Shown: positions 17,388-25,802 of the stretch, in pieces
Layout of the letters: each line of letters begins with the position of its first letter
Numbering within the stretch: position 1 is the first letter of the stretch
From: Oscillospiraceae bacterium
GTDB lineage: Bacteria > Bacillota > Clostridia > Oscillospirales > CAG-272
NCBI GenBank assembly: GCA_015065385.1
Contig: SVQK01000128.1
Location: 188 to 64,187, forward strand
Reading direction: 5' to 3'
DNA length: 64,000 nucleotides
Notes under the pieces: generated by a model
Seen by the model: only the letters and a program-made list of their open reading frames with translations
Told to the model about the DNA's origin: nothing
Databases searched by the model: none
Position numbers and translations under genes: made by a program

Positions 17388-18797
17388 ATGTATCCGAAAA
17401 AAGCCGAAATCATCTCCGCCCTCGCCGTCATGGAGGAGTCCGTCCGCGCCGAGCAGAAGAAGCTGACGAAAGAAGCGTCTCTCGCCGACTACGCCCGCTG
17501 TGCGAAGAGCGGCACGCAGAACGGGACAGACGTCACCGTCTGGACCGAAGCGTTTCAGAAAGCGCTCGATGAAAACGAAATCGTGCGCATTCCGGCGGCC
17601 TCCGAACCATACTATATCGACGCGCCCGTGATCCTTCCGTCAAACCGGCGGATCGAAGCGGAGGACGGAGCGGTGATCCGCCTGACGGAAGGGGTTCGGA
17701 CGATTCTTTTCCGCAACGCGCACACCTCGGACGGGACACACCGCCCGGTATCCGGAGAGCGCGACCGCAATATCGCCGTGATCGGAGGCCGCTGGGAGGA
17801 GAGCATCGACCACCGGGCCGGTTACGGCTACACGGGCATGATCGACGCGGAGAGAAGCTATTACGGCGTCTCGACCTGCATGTTTTTCAACAACATGGAC
17901 GGGCTGCTGCTCGAAAACCTGACCTTTGCCCACACGGCGGGATTCTCCGTACAGGTCGGGGATATCAAAAACGCCGTCATGAAGAACATCGCCTTCGCGG
18001 AATGCTACGCGGACGGCCTGCACGTCAATGGAAACATGGAAAACCTGTGGATCCGGGACGTGCGCGGTCAGTGCGGGGACGATCTGGTGGCGCTGAACGC
18101 CTACGACTGGCAGAACTCGTCCGTGGATTTCGGCCCCATGAAGACGGTCCTCTGCGAAAACCTCGAGCTCTCCGCGGACAGCCCGTGCAAGGCGATGCGC
18201 GTTCAGCCGGGACTGTACTATTACGACGACGGCTCCTCCGTGGACTGCGCGCTGTACGACACGATCATCCGGAACGTGCGGGGGATCAAGTCCTTCAAGC
18301 TCTACTATCAGACGCCGGCCTACCGCATCGAAGGCGGGACTCCGGAAAAGGGCGCGCCGGGAAGCGGGGACTGGCTGTTCTTCGAGGACATCCTGATGGA
18401 TCTGGACGGTCCGAACGACGGGTTCCGGGAGTATCTGGAGTCCGATCCGGTGCGCGGGAAATTCGCCGCCTTCGAAATCGGATCGAATATCGGGCATCTG
18501 GTACTCGAGAACATCGATCTGACGCTTCATCGGGACCGCTATCCGCTGTCCGCGCTGCTCTGCGTGGGTCCGAAATCCTGTCTGATCCGGGACGGGGAGG
18601 TAGAAGTCTTCGATCCGTATGTGAACTGTCATGTGGATGCCATTGAAGTGAACGGGCTCCGGATCAACGGCGGGAAACCGGAGGACACGGCCGCGATCCT
18701 GCGCACGGTCCGGTTCGACAACATCAACCATGACGGACGATCCACGGGCTGCGGAACGGTCGGTTCGCTCCGCCTCGACGGGAGAGAGGTGAGATAA
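17388..18797 (+). CDS. Right-handed beta-helix (pectin-lyase fold) protein, putative glycoside hydrolase or lyase
   Basis: Start refined to MYPKKAEII (GGGAGG RBS). It has repeating beta-helix-like turns (NAVMKNIAFAECYADGLHVNGNMENLWIRDV...). No signal peptide. Confidence 0.55.
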   Translation: MYPKKAEIISALAVMEESVRAEQKKLTKEASLADYARCAKSGTQNGTDVTVWTEAFQKALDENEIVRIPAASEPYYIDAPVILPSNRRIEAEDGAVIRLTEGVRTILFRNAHTSDGTHRPVSGERDRNIAVIGGRWEESIDHRAGYGYTGMIDAERSYYGVSTCMFFNNMDGLLLENLTFAHTAGFSVQVGDIKNAVMKNIAFAECYADGLHVNGNMENLWIRDVRGQCGDDLVALNAYDWQNSSVDFGPMKTVLCENLELSADSPCKAMRVQPGLYYYDDGSSVDCALYDTIIRNVRGIKSFKLYYQTPAYRIEGGTPEKGAPGSGDWLFFEDILMDLDGPNDGFREYLESDPVRGKFAAFEIGSNIGHLVLENIDLTLHRDRYPLSALLCVGPKSCLIRDGEVEVFDPYVNCHVDAIEVNGLRINGGKPEDTAAILRTVRFDNINHDGRSTGCGTVGSLRLDGREVR

Positions 18798-18810
18798 GGG
18801 GGGATCGGAC

Positions 18811-18840
18811 CTGTTTCGGGGAAACAGAAAATCTTTTTCT
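18811..18840 (+). terminator. Weak terminator after the beta-helix gene
   Basis: CTGTTTC-ggg-GAAACAG, then aaaatcTTTTTcT. Confidence 0.4.
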
Positions 18841-19098
18841 CGCCTCTCCCCTGTTCTCGCGGCAGGATGCTATAATTGGTGCATAATCCACGATCTGTGA
18901 CAGGAGCGAACGCATACAGGATGGAAGGAAAGAGAGGAATATCGGTATCTCGGAAGCCGCACAGACGTGGATGAATCCGAGCCGGAGAAAACCGCCAGCG
19001 CGTGAAAAACGAATCAGGACGGGCAGTTTGACTTGTCCGTCCTGAATGTGGGATCCGCCTCCACTGAATATCCCTATGGGATACAGCGCGAGGTGGAG

Positions 19099-19132
19099 AC
19101 CTTTTTTCATGGAAACATTGGGACTCGAACCC
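19099..19132 (-). pseudogene. Duplicated 3' fragment of tRNA-Val (T-arm plus acceptor 3' strand plus 3' flank)
   Basis: 34/34 nt identical to 19296-19329 (accttttttcatggaaacattgggactcgaaccc). There is no matching 5' acceptor, D arm or anticodon arm upstream. Confidence 0.7.
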
Positions 19133-19270
19133 CCGGCGACGTAAACGTCGCCAATGGAGTTTCCTCGAATGACAACCGGACTTGTTCTTTTAGCGTCCGG
19201 GTATCCTGAAGTCGGTATCATAGTAAAGGCTAAGAAACTCCGCTTGAGTTCTCAGACCAACAATTTCACG

Positions 19271-19300
19271 AAAAAAGGCCTCACACGAGTTGAGGACCTT
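19271..19300 (-). terminator. Terminator after tRNA-Val
   Basis: The minus strand reads GGtCCTCA-actcgtg-TGAGGCC followed by TTTTTT. Confidence 0.6.
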
Positions 19301-19306
19301 TTTTCA

Positions 19307-19380
19307 TGGAAACATTGGGACTCGAACCCAAGACCTCTCGGATGTGAACCGAACGCTCTAACCAGCTGAGCTATGCTTCC
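19307..19380 (-). tRNA. tRNA-Val (anticodon CAC)
   Basis: Manual cloverleaf: GGAAGCA TA GCTC AGCTGGTTA GAGC G TTCGG TTCACAT CCGAG AGGTC TTGGG TTCGAGT CCCAA TGTTTCC A. Confidence 0.9.
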
Positions 19381-19393
19381 GTCTGTGACGTGT

Positions 19394-19422
19394 ATTATAA
19401 CACAAATGGAGGCGTTTGTCCA
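19394..19422 (-). promoter_or_regulatory. Promoter of tRNA-Val
   Basis: The minus strand reads TGGACA, a 17-nt spacer, then TATAAT. The -10 lies 13 nt upstream of the mature 5' end. Confidence 0.6.
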
Positions 19423-19614
19423 GTCCTTTTCGTGATTTTTTGAAATTATTTTTTGATATCGGGAGGCGGGGCGGGAGGCGGGCTGAGGTCGCTGTCCTTG
19501 ACTTTCCCCTCCCCGTGCGGTATAATGGAGCCGGAACGGACGCCGGGGACAAGCGCATCCGCCTGAGCGGCTCCTCTCCGGCCGTCCCCTTTGACTGTAC
19601 TTTGAGAGGTAAGT

Positions 19615-21717
19615 ATGAAAGCTGTATGGATCAAGCGTCTTTATGAAGAAAAAAATGTAGCCGTGACGTTTCAGTACCGGCTGACTCCCTCCGCAGACGC
19701 GACTCTGACCCTCGCCGCGTCCAATCTGTACCGTCTGTTCGTCAACGGCGAGCTGATCGGATACGGTCCGGCGAGAGCGGCGCACGGCTATTCCCGGACG
19801 GACGTCTATCCGCTCGGGGCGTATTCCGGGCGTGAAACCGTTCTGTCCGTCGAAGTCTATTCCGCCAACACCAACACCTTCTACATCGTGGACGAGCCGC
19901 CCTTCTTCGCCGCGGAGATCCGGGAAGGGGGAGAAGTCGTCGCGTCCGCCGAAGATTTCACCGCCTATCCCATGACCGAACGGGTTCAGAAGGTGCGCCG
20001 GTTCAGTTTCCAGCGGGCTTATACGGAAGTCTACCGTCTGACCGGGGATCCGATGGCGTTCTATGCGGGAGATCCCGGAGAGCACAGATCCGAGGAGACG
20101 GAGCCGGTTCCGATGAATAAACTCCTGCCCCGCTATGCCCACATGCCGAAGCTGAACACCGTCCCCGCGTCCCCGGTCGAGCACGGAACGGTCTCGGTGG
20201 ACGAAAGCAGGAATCCGTTCCGCGACCGCTCGTATGACAACATCGATCCCGTGAAGTTCAAAGGGTTCACCCCCGACGAGCTGGAGGCGGATCCCAACGT
20301 CACAGCCGCTAAGTTCGTTTACCGGCGCACGGCGGAAGGAGGCGCGGAAACGCTCCCGCCCCTGTCCTATCAGGTGTACGACTTCGGGCGGACCTGCACC
20401 GGATTCTTCTCTTTCACCGTTCAGGCGGAAAAGGGGACGGAGCTGACGCTTGTTTTCGACGAGATAGCGACGGAGCGCGGCGATCATCTGGAAGTTTCTC
20501 CGTTCCGCAACAGCTGCTGCAACGTGATTCAGTACTCCTTCTCCGAGTCCGGGACATACCGGATCGTGAGCTTCGAGGCCAACGCCGCAAGGTATGCCGC
20601 AGCCGTGGTCCGGGGAGGCTGCGCGAAGATCGCCTCCTTCGGCATGGTGCTCTACGAGAACCCCGACGCGGCAGGATTCCGGTACGACTACGGCGACGAC
20701 GCGCTGAACCGCATCACGGAGGCTGCTGTCAACACCTTTGCGCAGAACGCGGTGGACGTTCTCACCGACTGCCCGTCCCGTGAACGCGCCGGATGGCTCT
20801 GCGACAGCTATTTCTCCTCCCGCGCCGAAGCGCTCTTCACCGGGAACAATTTAGTGGAAAAGAGCTTCCTCGAAAACTACGCCCTCTGCCCGCCCTCCCG
20901 GTTCCTGCCGGAGGGGATGATCCCCATGTGCTATCCCGCGGATCACAACGACGGGGTGTACATTCCGAACTGGTCCATGTGGTACATTCTCGAGCTGAGA
21001 AACTACGTCCGGTGCACCGGGGATGAGACGATGGCGAAAATATCCCGGGACAAGGTCTACGGTCTTGTGAAGTTCTTCGAGCGGTTTTACAACGAAGACG
21101 GACTGCTCGAGAACCTCGAGAGCTGGGTTTTCATCGAATGGAGCAAGTGCAACGACGGGGACTACATCCGCGGGGTAAACTATCCGTCCAACATGCTCTG
21201 GGCAGCCGCGCTCGAAGCCGTGGACGATCTCTACGCCGATCCCGCGCTCCGGAAAAAGGCCGGACAGATGAAGGAAACCATCCGCCGCCTCGCCTTCAAC
21301 GGGGAGTTTTTCGAAGACAACGGCGTCCGGGATGAAAACGGCGCCCTCGTCCGCACAGGCCACACCACGGAGACCTGCCAGTACTACGCCTTCTACTTCG
21401 GGACGGCGTCGAAGGAGGACTATCCCGCGCTGTTTGAAACGCTGGTGACCCGGTTCGGGCCGAAGCGCGACCCGAAAACGGAGTATCCGACCGTTTACCC
21501 GTCGAACGCCATTGTCGGCAACTATCTCCGTCTGGAGCTGCTTCTGCGCTGGGGCTTCAGGGAGCGGGTACTGGACGAGTGCCGAGACTTCTTCCTCGGA
21601 ATGGCAGAGCTGACGGACACGCTCTGGGAGCACGCTCAGCTTTCGTCCAGTCTGAACCACGGCTTCGCGTCCATGGCGGCGGTGTACATTCACGAGTGCA
21701 TGAAGGATAAGACTTGA
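19615..21717 (+). CDS. GH78-like (alpha-L-rhamnosidase family) six-hairpin glycosidase
   Basis: 700 aa. The N-terminal module has LYRLFVNGELIGYGPARAAHGY. The catalytic-domain motif is DCPSRERAGWLCDSY. No signal peptide. Confidence 0.6.
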   Translation: MKAVWIKRLYEEKNVAVTFQYRLTPSADATLTLAASNLYRLFVNGELIGYGPARAAHGYSRTDVYPLGAYSGRETVLSVEVYSANTNTFYIVDEPPFFAAEIREGGEVVASAEDFTAYPMTERVQKVRRFSFQRAYTEVYRLTGDPMAFYAGDPGEHRSEETEPVPMNKLLPRYAHMPKLNTVPASPVEHGTVSVDESRNPFRDRSYDNIDPVKFKGFTPDELEADPNVTAAKFVYRRTAEGGAETLPPLSYQVYDFGRTCTGFFSFTVQAEKGTELTLVFDEIATERGDHLEVSPFRNSCCNVIQYSFSESGTYRIVSFEANAARYAAAVVRGGCAKIASFGMVLYENPDAAGFRYDYGDDALNRITEAAVNTFAQNAVDVLTDCPSRERAGWLCDSYFSSRAEALFTGNNLVEKSFLENYALCPPSRFLPEGMIPMCYPADHNDGVYIPNWSMWYILELRNYVRCTGDETMAKISRDKVYGLVKFFERFYNEDGLLENLESWVFIEWSKCNDGDYIRGVNYPSNMLWAAALEAVDDLYADPALRKKAGQMKETIRRLAFNGEFFEDNGVRDENGALVRTGHTTETCQYYAFYFGTASKEDYPALFETLVTRFGPKRDPKTEYPTVYPSNAIVGNYLRLELLLRWGFRERVLDECRDFFLGMAELTDTLWEHAQLSSSLNHGFASMAAVYIHECMKDKT

Positions 21718-21804
21718 TCTGCCGGATAACGTTAGAACAAGGCTGGGAGTTCTTCTCTCAGCCTTTTGTCCGTTTTTGTCCGATTTATGCCGTGTGCGTA
21801 GGAT

Positions 21805-22449
21805 TCAATCCCCGGAAAACGCCTTCGGGTAGGCGTAAAAGATCCTGTCGTCCTCGACGAGCCTGCCGATCCCGTCCTTCCCTTCCACGACGTTCACGGC
21901 GCAGTTGTAAGGGACGTGCCCGTGCCAGAAATCGTCCGGATCGTCGTACAGAGCGTTCAGCATCGCCCTCGTCGCAAAGCCGTGCGTAGTCACAAGAACG
22001 GTAGCGCCGTCGTTTTCCGGATCCCGAAGCAGCTCCGTCAGCAGGGACTGTGTCCGGCGGCACACGTCCCGCACCGTCTCTCCTCCGGGAAATCCGCCGA
22101 GCAGAAACGGATTTTCGAAGAACAGGGCCACTTTTCCCGAATCGAGCTCGCACGCCCCGGCCCGGAACTTTTTGTGCTCCCAGTCTCCGAGGTGCGCCTC
22201 CTTAGCGCGGTCGTCCAACTCGATGGGAACTCCCCCGTTTCCGCTCTCGCGCAGAAGGATCTCCGCCGTCTCCCGGGCTCTGGAAAGCGGGCTCGAGATA
22301 CAGCGGTCAAACCGGATCCCCGAAAGAGCACGGCCCGTAACCGCCGCAAGCTCCCGCCCCTTTTCGTTCAGAGGATCGTCGGTCCAGCCCTGAAAATACC
22401 CCTCCGTGTTGCCGTCGGTCTCGCCGTGCCTGACGATATAAATGCGCAT
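21805..22449 (-). CDS. Histidine phosphatase family protein (phosphoglycerate mutase-like)
   Basis: Start refined to MRIYIVRHGETDGN (RHG motif at the N-terminus, RBS GGTGAGGA). The longer track ORF runs into the repeat element. Confidence 0.85.
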   Translation of the reverse strand: MRIYIVRHGETDGNTEGYFQGWTDDPLNEKGRELAAVTGRALSGIRFDRCISSPLSRARETAEILLRESGNGGVPIELDDRAKEAHLGDWEHKKFRAGACELDSGKVALFFENPFLLGGFPGGETVRDVCRRTQSLLTELLRDPENDGATVLVTTHGFATRAMLNALYDDPDDFWHGHVPYNCAVNVVEGKDGIGRLVEDDRIFYAYPKAFSGD

Positions 22450-22486
22450 GATGTCCTCACCCCCGCCGCCGTCTTTCCGCGGATCC

Positions 22487-22515
22487 ATTATAGCACGCAG
22501 GAGGCCGGGCGTCAA
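22487..22515 (-). promoter_or_regulatory. Promoter of the histidine phosphatase gene
   Basis: The minus strand reads TTGACG, a 17-nt spacer, then TGcTATAAT. Confidence 0.6.
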
Positions 22516-22543
22516 GAAGTGTCCGCCGATGCGATCCCAATTG

Positions 22544-22576
22544 AAAAAACCGGACTCCGTTTTCAGCGGAATCCGG
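22544..22576 (-). terminator. Intrinsic terminator for leftward transcription
   Basis: CCGGAcTCCG-ttttcag-CGGAaTCCGG, with TTTTTT on the minus strand (A-run 22544-22549). Confidence 0.6.
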
Positions 22577-22602
22577 CCGTTTCGATCGCGGACCAATAAA
22601 CC

Positions 22603-22946
22603 CATACTGTTTCGCTTCTAAACGGTTTGATCGTGCACAGACAGAACAGATCTGACAAGTTTCGTCTGCACAAAACCAAGATGATCCCCTTGCCCAATGC
22701 GCGACTGAAGCTCTTCGACCTCCGGCTGTACAAACGCGGACCGCGCGAGGACAGCGGGTTGCGCAATCAGGCTTGTTTACAGGCACGAGCTGTTGCCTTA
22801 TGCCATATGGCCAAGGGGGACCCTCGGGAGGGGCACCTTCGGCCTGAGATGGTGTCCCTCCCGACGCCTCCCGCGCGTAGCGGGATTAGATCCGAAACGC
22901 GCAGCGTTTCTTTCCTTAAATTCCTTTAGAAGGGATTTAGTATCAC
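22603..22946 (+). repeat. Structured intergenic repeat, copy A (344 nt); MITE-like element or unclassified ncRNA
   Basis: It aligns end to end with the reverse complement of 46189-46583. The shared blocks include a 52-nt block with 3 mismatches (22693-22744). Compensatory substitutions occur in the stem 22824-32/22856-64. It is AT-rich compared with its flanks. Confidence 0.7.
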
Positions 22947-23266
22947 TTTCCCGCGGCGTCGCGTTCCCGGTCGAGGCGGGTGTTGCGGAAGTACAGAGCG
23001 ACATCGATGGAGATCTCGATAAAGTTCAGCACATAGAAGATCGCGCTGAGGAAGAAGAGGAATCCGGACTGGTGCATCACGACCAGCTGGATGACCTTCC
23101 GCGCGATACCGAACGCGTATCCGATCAGAAGAAAGACTTCGAAGAACAGGCTCTTGCCCTTCGCGGTCCGGGAAATCCACGATTTGCGGATGGAAATGGG
23201 CCAGGAGAGCCCGAAACAGAGGATGGTCAGCGCTTCAAAGAGGTCGGTAAGCTGGGCGAGTGTCAT
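22943..23266 (-). CDS. Small 3-TM membrane protein, PQ-loop/SemiSWEET-like
   Basis: Start refined to MTLAQLTDLFEAL (RBS AAGGAG). It has a WPISIRKSWISRTAKGKS motif resembling a PQ-loop. The stop codon overlaps the repeat terminus. Confidence 0.5.
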   Translation of the reverse strand: MTLAQLTDLFEALTILCFGLSWPISIRKSWISRTAKGKSLFFEVFLLIGYAFGIARKVIQLVVMHQSGFLFFLSAIFYVLNFIEISIDVALYFRNTRLDRERDAAGK

Positions 23267-23308
23267 GACAGTGCTCCTTGCGGTCTGTGATTCTTGGAAT
23301 TCGAGGGC

Positions 23309-23337
23309 ATTATACCACCCTGCCCCGCCTCTGTCAA
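23309..23337 (-). promoter_or_regulatory. Promoter of the PQ-loop-like gene
   Basis: The minus strand reads TTGACA, a 17-nt spacer, then TATAAT. Confidence 0.6.
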
Positions 23338-23458
23338 TGGTGTCCCAAAACGAGAAATCCCGCAATTCCGTCCTTTTTTTCGGCGAATTTGCGGGATTTT
23401 TCACGGGAAATCCGGGCCCGGCGCAGTCTTCCCTCCGGTCTCAGCGTCCGGAGCCGAT

Positions 23459-25678
23459 TTACCGGTTGACCCGGAGCGCGTTGAGGACGGCGAGGATCAT
23501 CACGCCGACGTCGCCGACCACAGCCGCCCACATGCCGCAGAGGCCGAGGCCGCCGAGCAGGATGAAGACCGCCTTCACCGCGATGGCAAACCAGATGTTC
23601 TCCTTCACGATCCGGCAGGTCTTCCGGGAGACCTTGACCGCGTCGCAGAGCCGGGAGGGCTCGTCGGTCATGATCACCGCGTCAGCAGCCTCGATGGCCG
23701 CGTCGGAGCCGATCCCGCCCATGGCGATCCCAACATCCGCGCGGGCCAGCACGGGAGCGTCGTTGATCCCGTCTCCGACGAAAGCGACACCTCCGCCCTC
23801 CGCCATCAGCTCTTCAAGCCGTTCGACCTTTCCGGCGGGGAGAAGCCTGCTCCGGAAGCCGTCGAGGTTCAGCTCCTCCGCTGCCTGTTTCGCCGCGCCT
23901 TCCCCGTCGCCCGTCAGCATCTCGATCCGCTTCACGCCGAGGGAACGCAGACCGGAAACCGCCTCCGCCGCGTCGGATTTCAGGGTATCCGCGATCACGA
24001 GCCGACCGGCGTATCGTCCGCCGAGGGATACATAGACCGTCGTTCCCCGCTCGTCAGACGCCGGAAACGCGATCCCCCTCTCCCGCATCAGCTCGGCGTT
24101 TCCGCAGAGGATTTCCTGCCCGTTCCATGGAACCGATACGCCCCGTCCCGCGATTTCACGGGCGCCGGAAAAGTCCTCCTCACCGAGCTCTCCGATCTCC
24201 TCGTAGGCCTCGAGAACCGAGCGGGCGATCGGGTGGCCCGAACAGGACTCCGCCCTTGCCGCCAGCTCGAGCAGCTCGTCGTGCTCCACGCCCTCCGCCG
24301 GGATCACGTCCGTCACGGAGAAGGAGCCCTTCGTCAGCGTGCCGGTCTTGTCGAACACAACGGCGCGGAGGGAGGACAGCGATTCGAGATACGCGCTCCC
24401 CTTCACGAGAACGCCCCGGCGGGAGGCCGCCCCGATGCCGCCGAAGAACGTCAGCGGAACGGAAATCACCAGAGCGCAGGGACAGGACACCGCCAGCACC
24501 ACACAGCCGCGCCGGATCCACTCCGCCCATCCGTGACCGAGGATCAGCGGGGGAACGACCGCCAGCAGCAGAGCCAGCGCGCACACGACCGGCGTATAGA
24601 TCCGGGCGAATTTGGAGATAAAGGTCTCGGCGGGCGCCTTGTTCGACGCGGCCGATTCGCAGAGTTCGAGGATCTTCGACGCGGTGGATTCGCCCGCCTC
24701 CTTCGTGACCTCGATCTCCAGAATCCCGTCGGAGGCCACGCATCCGGACAGCGCCTCGGAGCCTTCCGTCCAGTACGCCGGAGCGGATTCGCCGGTCAGC
24801 GCGCGGGTGTCCACCGAGGAGGATCCCTTTCTCACGACGCCGTCCAGCGGGATCTTCTCCCCCGGTTTGACGAGAACGGTTTCCCCGATCTCCACGTCCG
24901 CAGGAGAGACGGTGATCCACTCTCCGCCGCGCAGGACCGCAGCCGAATCCGGGCGGATATCCATGAGGGCCGTGATGGAGTCCCGGGAGCGGTCCACCGC
25001 CACGTCCTGAAAGAGCTCACCAAGCTGGTAGAACAGCATCACCGCCGCGGCCTCCGGATACTCCCCGATGGCGAACGCGCCCACGGTGGAGACGGTCATA
25101 AGGAAGCACTCGTCGAAGAGCTCGCCGTGAAGGATCCCCCGAACCGCGCTCCACACCACGTCGTATCCGGCGACCAGCCATGCCGCGGCGAAGATCCCGA
25201 ACCGGATCCACGGGTTTATGTCGAAGAAGTGCGGCAGAAGCAGTCCGCAGAGCAGGAGAACACCGCCCGCCGCGAGCTTTCCGAGCCGGAAGGAGAGACT
25301 TCCCTCCTCCTCTTCCTCCCCGTGGTGATGGCCGTGCTCATGCTCGTGTTCATGGTCATGTTCATGCTCATGCTCGTGGCCGTGGTCATGCTCATGGTCA
25401 TGGTGATGGGCGTGTTCATGCGCGTCTTCATCCGCCTGTTGGCTGCGCGCGCCTGTTTTTTCGATCACCTTCACGTCCGGCTCATGCGCGTGAACGATCT
25501 TCTCGATTTTGGAAAGCAGTTCCCCCCCGTCCGCTTCTGCCTCGGTGTGTACGATCAGCGATTGATTCATCAGGTTGACGACGGCGTCCTTCACCCCTGT
25601 CAGACGTCCGGCTTCTCTCTCGATCTTCGCGGCGCAGTTCGGGCAGTCCAGCCCTTTCAGCAGATAGGTTCTTTCCAT
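23459..25678 (-). CDS. cadA: Heavy-metal translocating P1B-type ATPase (Cd/Zn/Co type)
   Basis: N-terminal HMA motif GLDCPNCAAKIE, then a His-rich stretch (HEHAHHHDHEHDHGHEHEHEH...). CPC motif in a TM segment (SCPCALV). DKTGTLT phosphorylation site and GDGINDAP. Confidence 0.9.
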   Translation of the reverse strand: MERTYLLKGLDCPNCAAKIEREAGRLTGVKDAVVNLMNQSLIVHTEAEADGGELLSKIEKIVHAHEPDVKVIEKTGARSQQADEDAHEHAHHHDHEHDHGHEHEHEHDHEHEHEHGHHHGEEEEEGSLSFRLGKLAAGGVLLLCGLLLPHFFDINPWIRFGIFAAAWLVAGYDVVWSAVRGILHGELFDECFLMTVSTVGAFAIGEYPEAAAVMLFYQLGELFQDVAVDRSRDSITALMDIRPDSAAVLRGGEWITVSPADVEIGETVLVKPGEKIPLDGVVRKGSSSVDTRALTGESAPAYWTEGSEALSGCVASDGILEIEVTKEAGESTASKILELCESAASNKAPAETFISKFARIYTPVVCALALLLAVVPPLILGHGWAEWIRRGCVVLAVSCPCALVISVPLTFFGGIGAASRRGVLVKGSAYLESLSSLRAVVFDKTGTLTKGSFSVTDVIPAEGVEHDELLELAARAESCSGHPIARSVLEAYEEIGELGEEDFSGAREIAGRGVSVPWNGQEILCGNAELMRERGIAFPASDERGTTVYVSLGGRYAGRLVIADTLKSDAAEAVSGLRSLGVKRIEMLTGDGEGAAKQAAEELNLDGFRSRLLPAGKVERLEELMAEGGGVAFVGDGINDAPVLARADVGIAMGGIGSDAAIEAADAVIMTDEPSRLCDAVKVSRKTCRIVKENIWFAIAVKAVFILLGGLGLCGMWAAVVGDVGVMILAVLNALRVNR

Positions 25679-25707
25679 GTGACCCTTCCTCGCTGTTAAA
25701 TTTACGT

Positions 25708-25723
25708 TTGATCAATTGTTCAA
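25708..25723. promoter_or_regulatory. ArsR/SmtB-type operator-like palindrome TTGATCAATTGTTCAA
   Basis: 30 nt upstream of the cadA ATG. It is near-identical to the site at 26185-26200. Confidence 0.5.
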
Positions 25724-25802
25724 CTGTATGGGTTTTCGGAAGGGACCGGTTCGCTTATCCGAAGATCCCTCCCCGGAGGACCGGTCCCGTTTCAGTGGCG
25801 CG

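Noticed and set aside
18900-19000. The SRP RNA-like string CAGGATGGAAGGAAAGAGAGG.
   Set aside because: The GGAA tetraloop closing pairs and the conserved AGCA 3' strand of SRP helix 8 cannot be formed. No Alu-domain or terminal pairing was found.
19107-19260. A possible second complete tRNA (long-variable-arm type, or tRNA-Sec) next to tRNA-Val.
   Set aside because: Only the T-arm and the 3' acceptor strand are present, and the T-stem is itself degraded to GGGGG/CCCAA. No 5' acceptor strand, D-arm or anticodon arm can be placed. It is treated as a duplicated fragment.
22627-23290. ORFs crossing the repeat elements: 22627-22929 and 22793-23290 in copy A, 46081-46338 in copy B. Their translations share a short similar patch (RPEMVS).
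   Set aside because: The similarity is at nucleotide level. Indels between the copies (including a 50-nt insertion) shift the frame. The apparent shared peptide covers only a conserved RNA/DNA block.
25290-25420. The CAT/CAC/GAG-rich repetitive tract inside cadA, considered as a possible repeat expansion or frameshift site.
   Set aside because: It is in frame and encodes a His/Glu/Asp-rich metal-binding stretch. Such stretches are common between the HMA domain and TM1 of Zn/Cd P1B ATPases.
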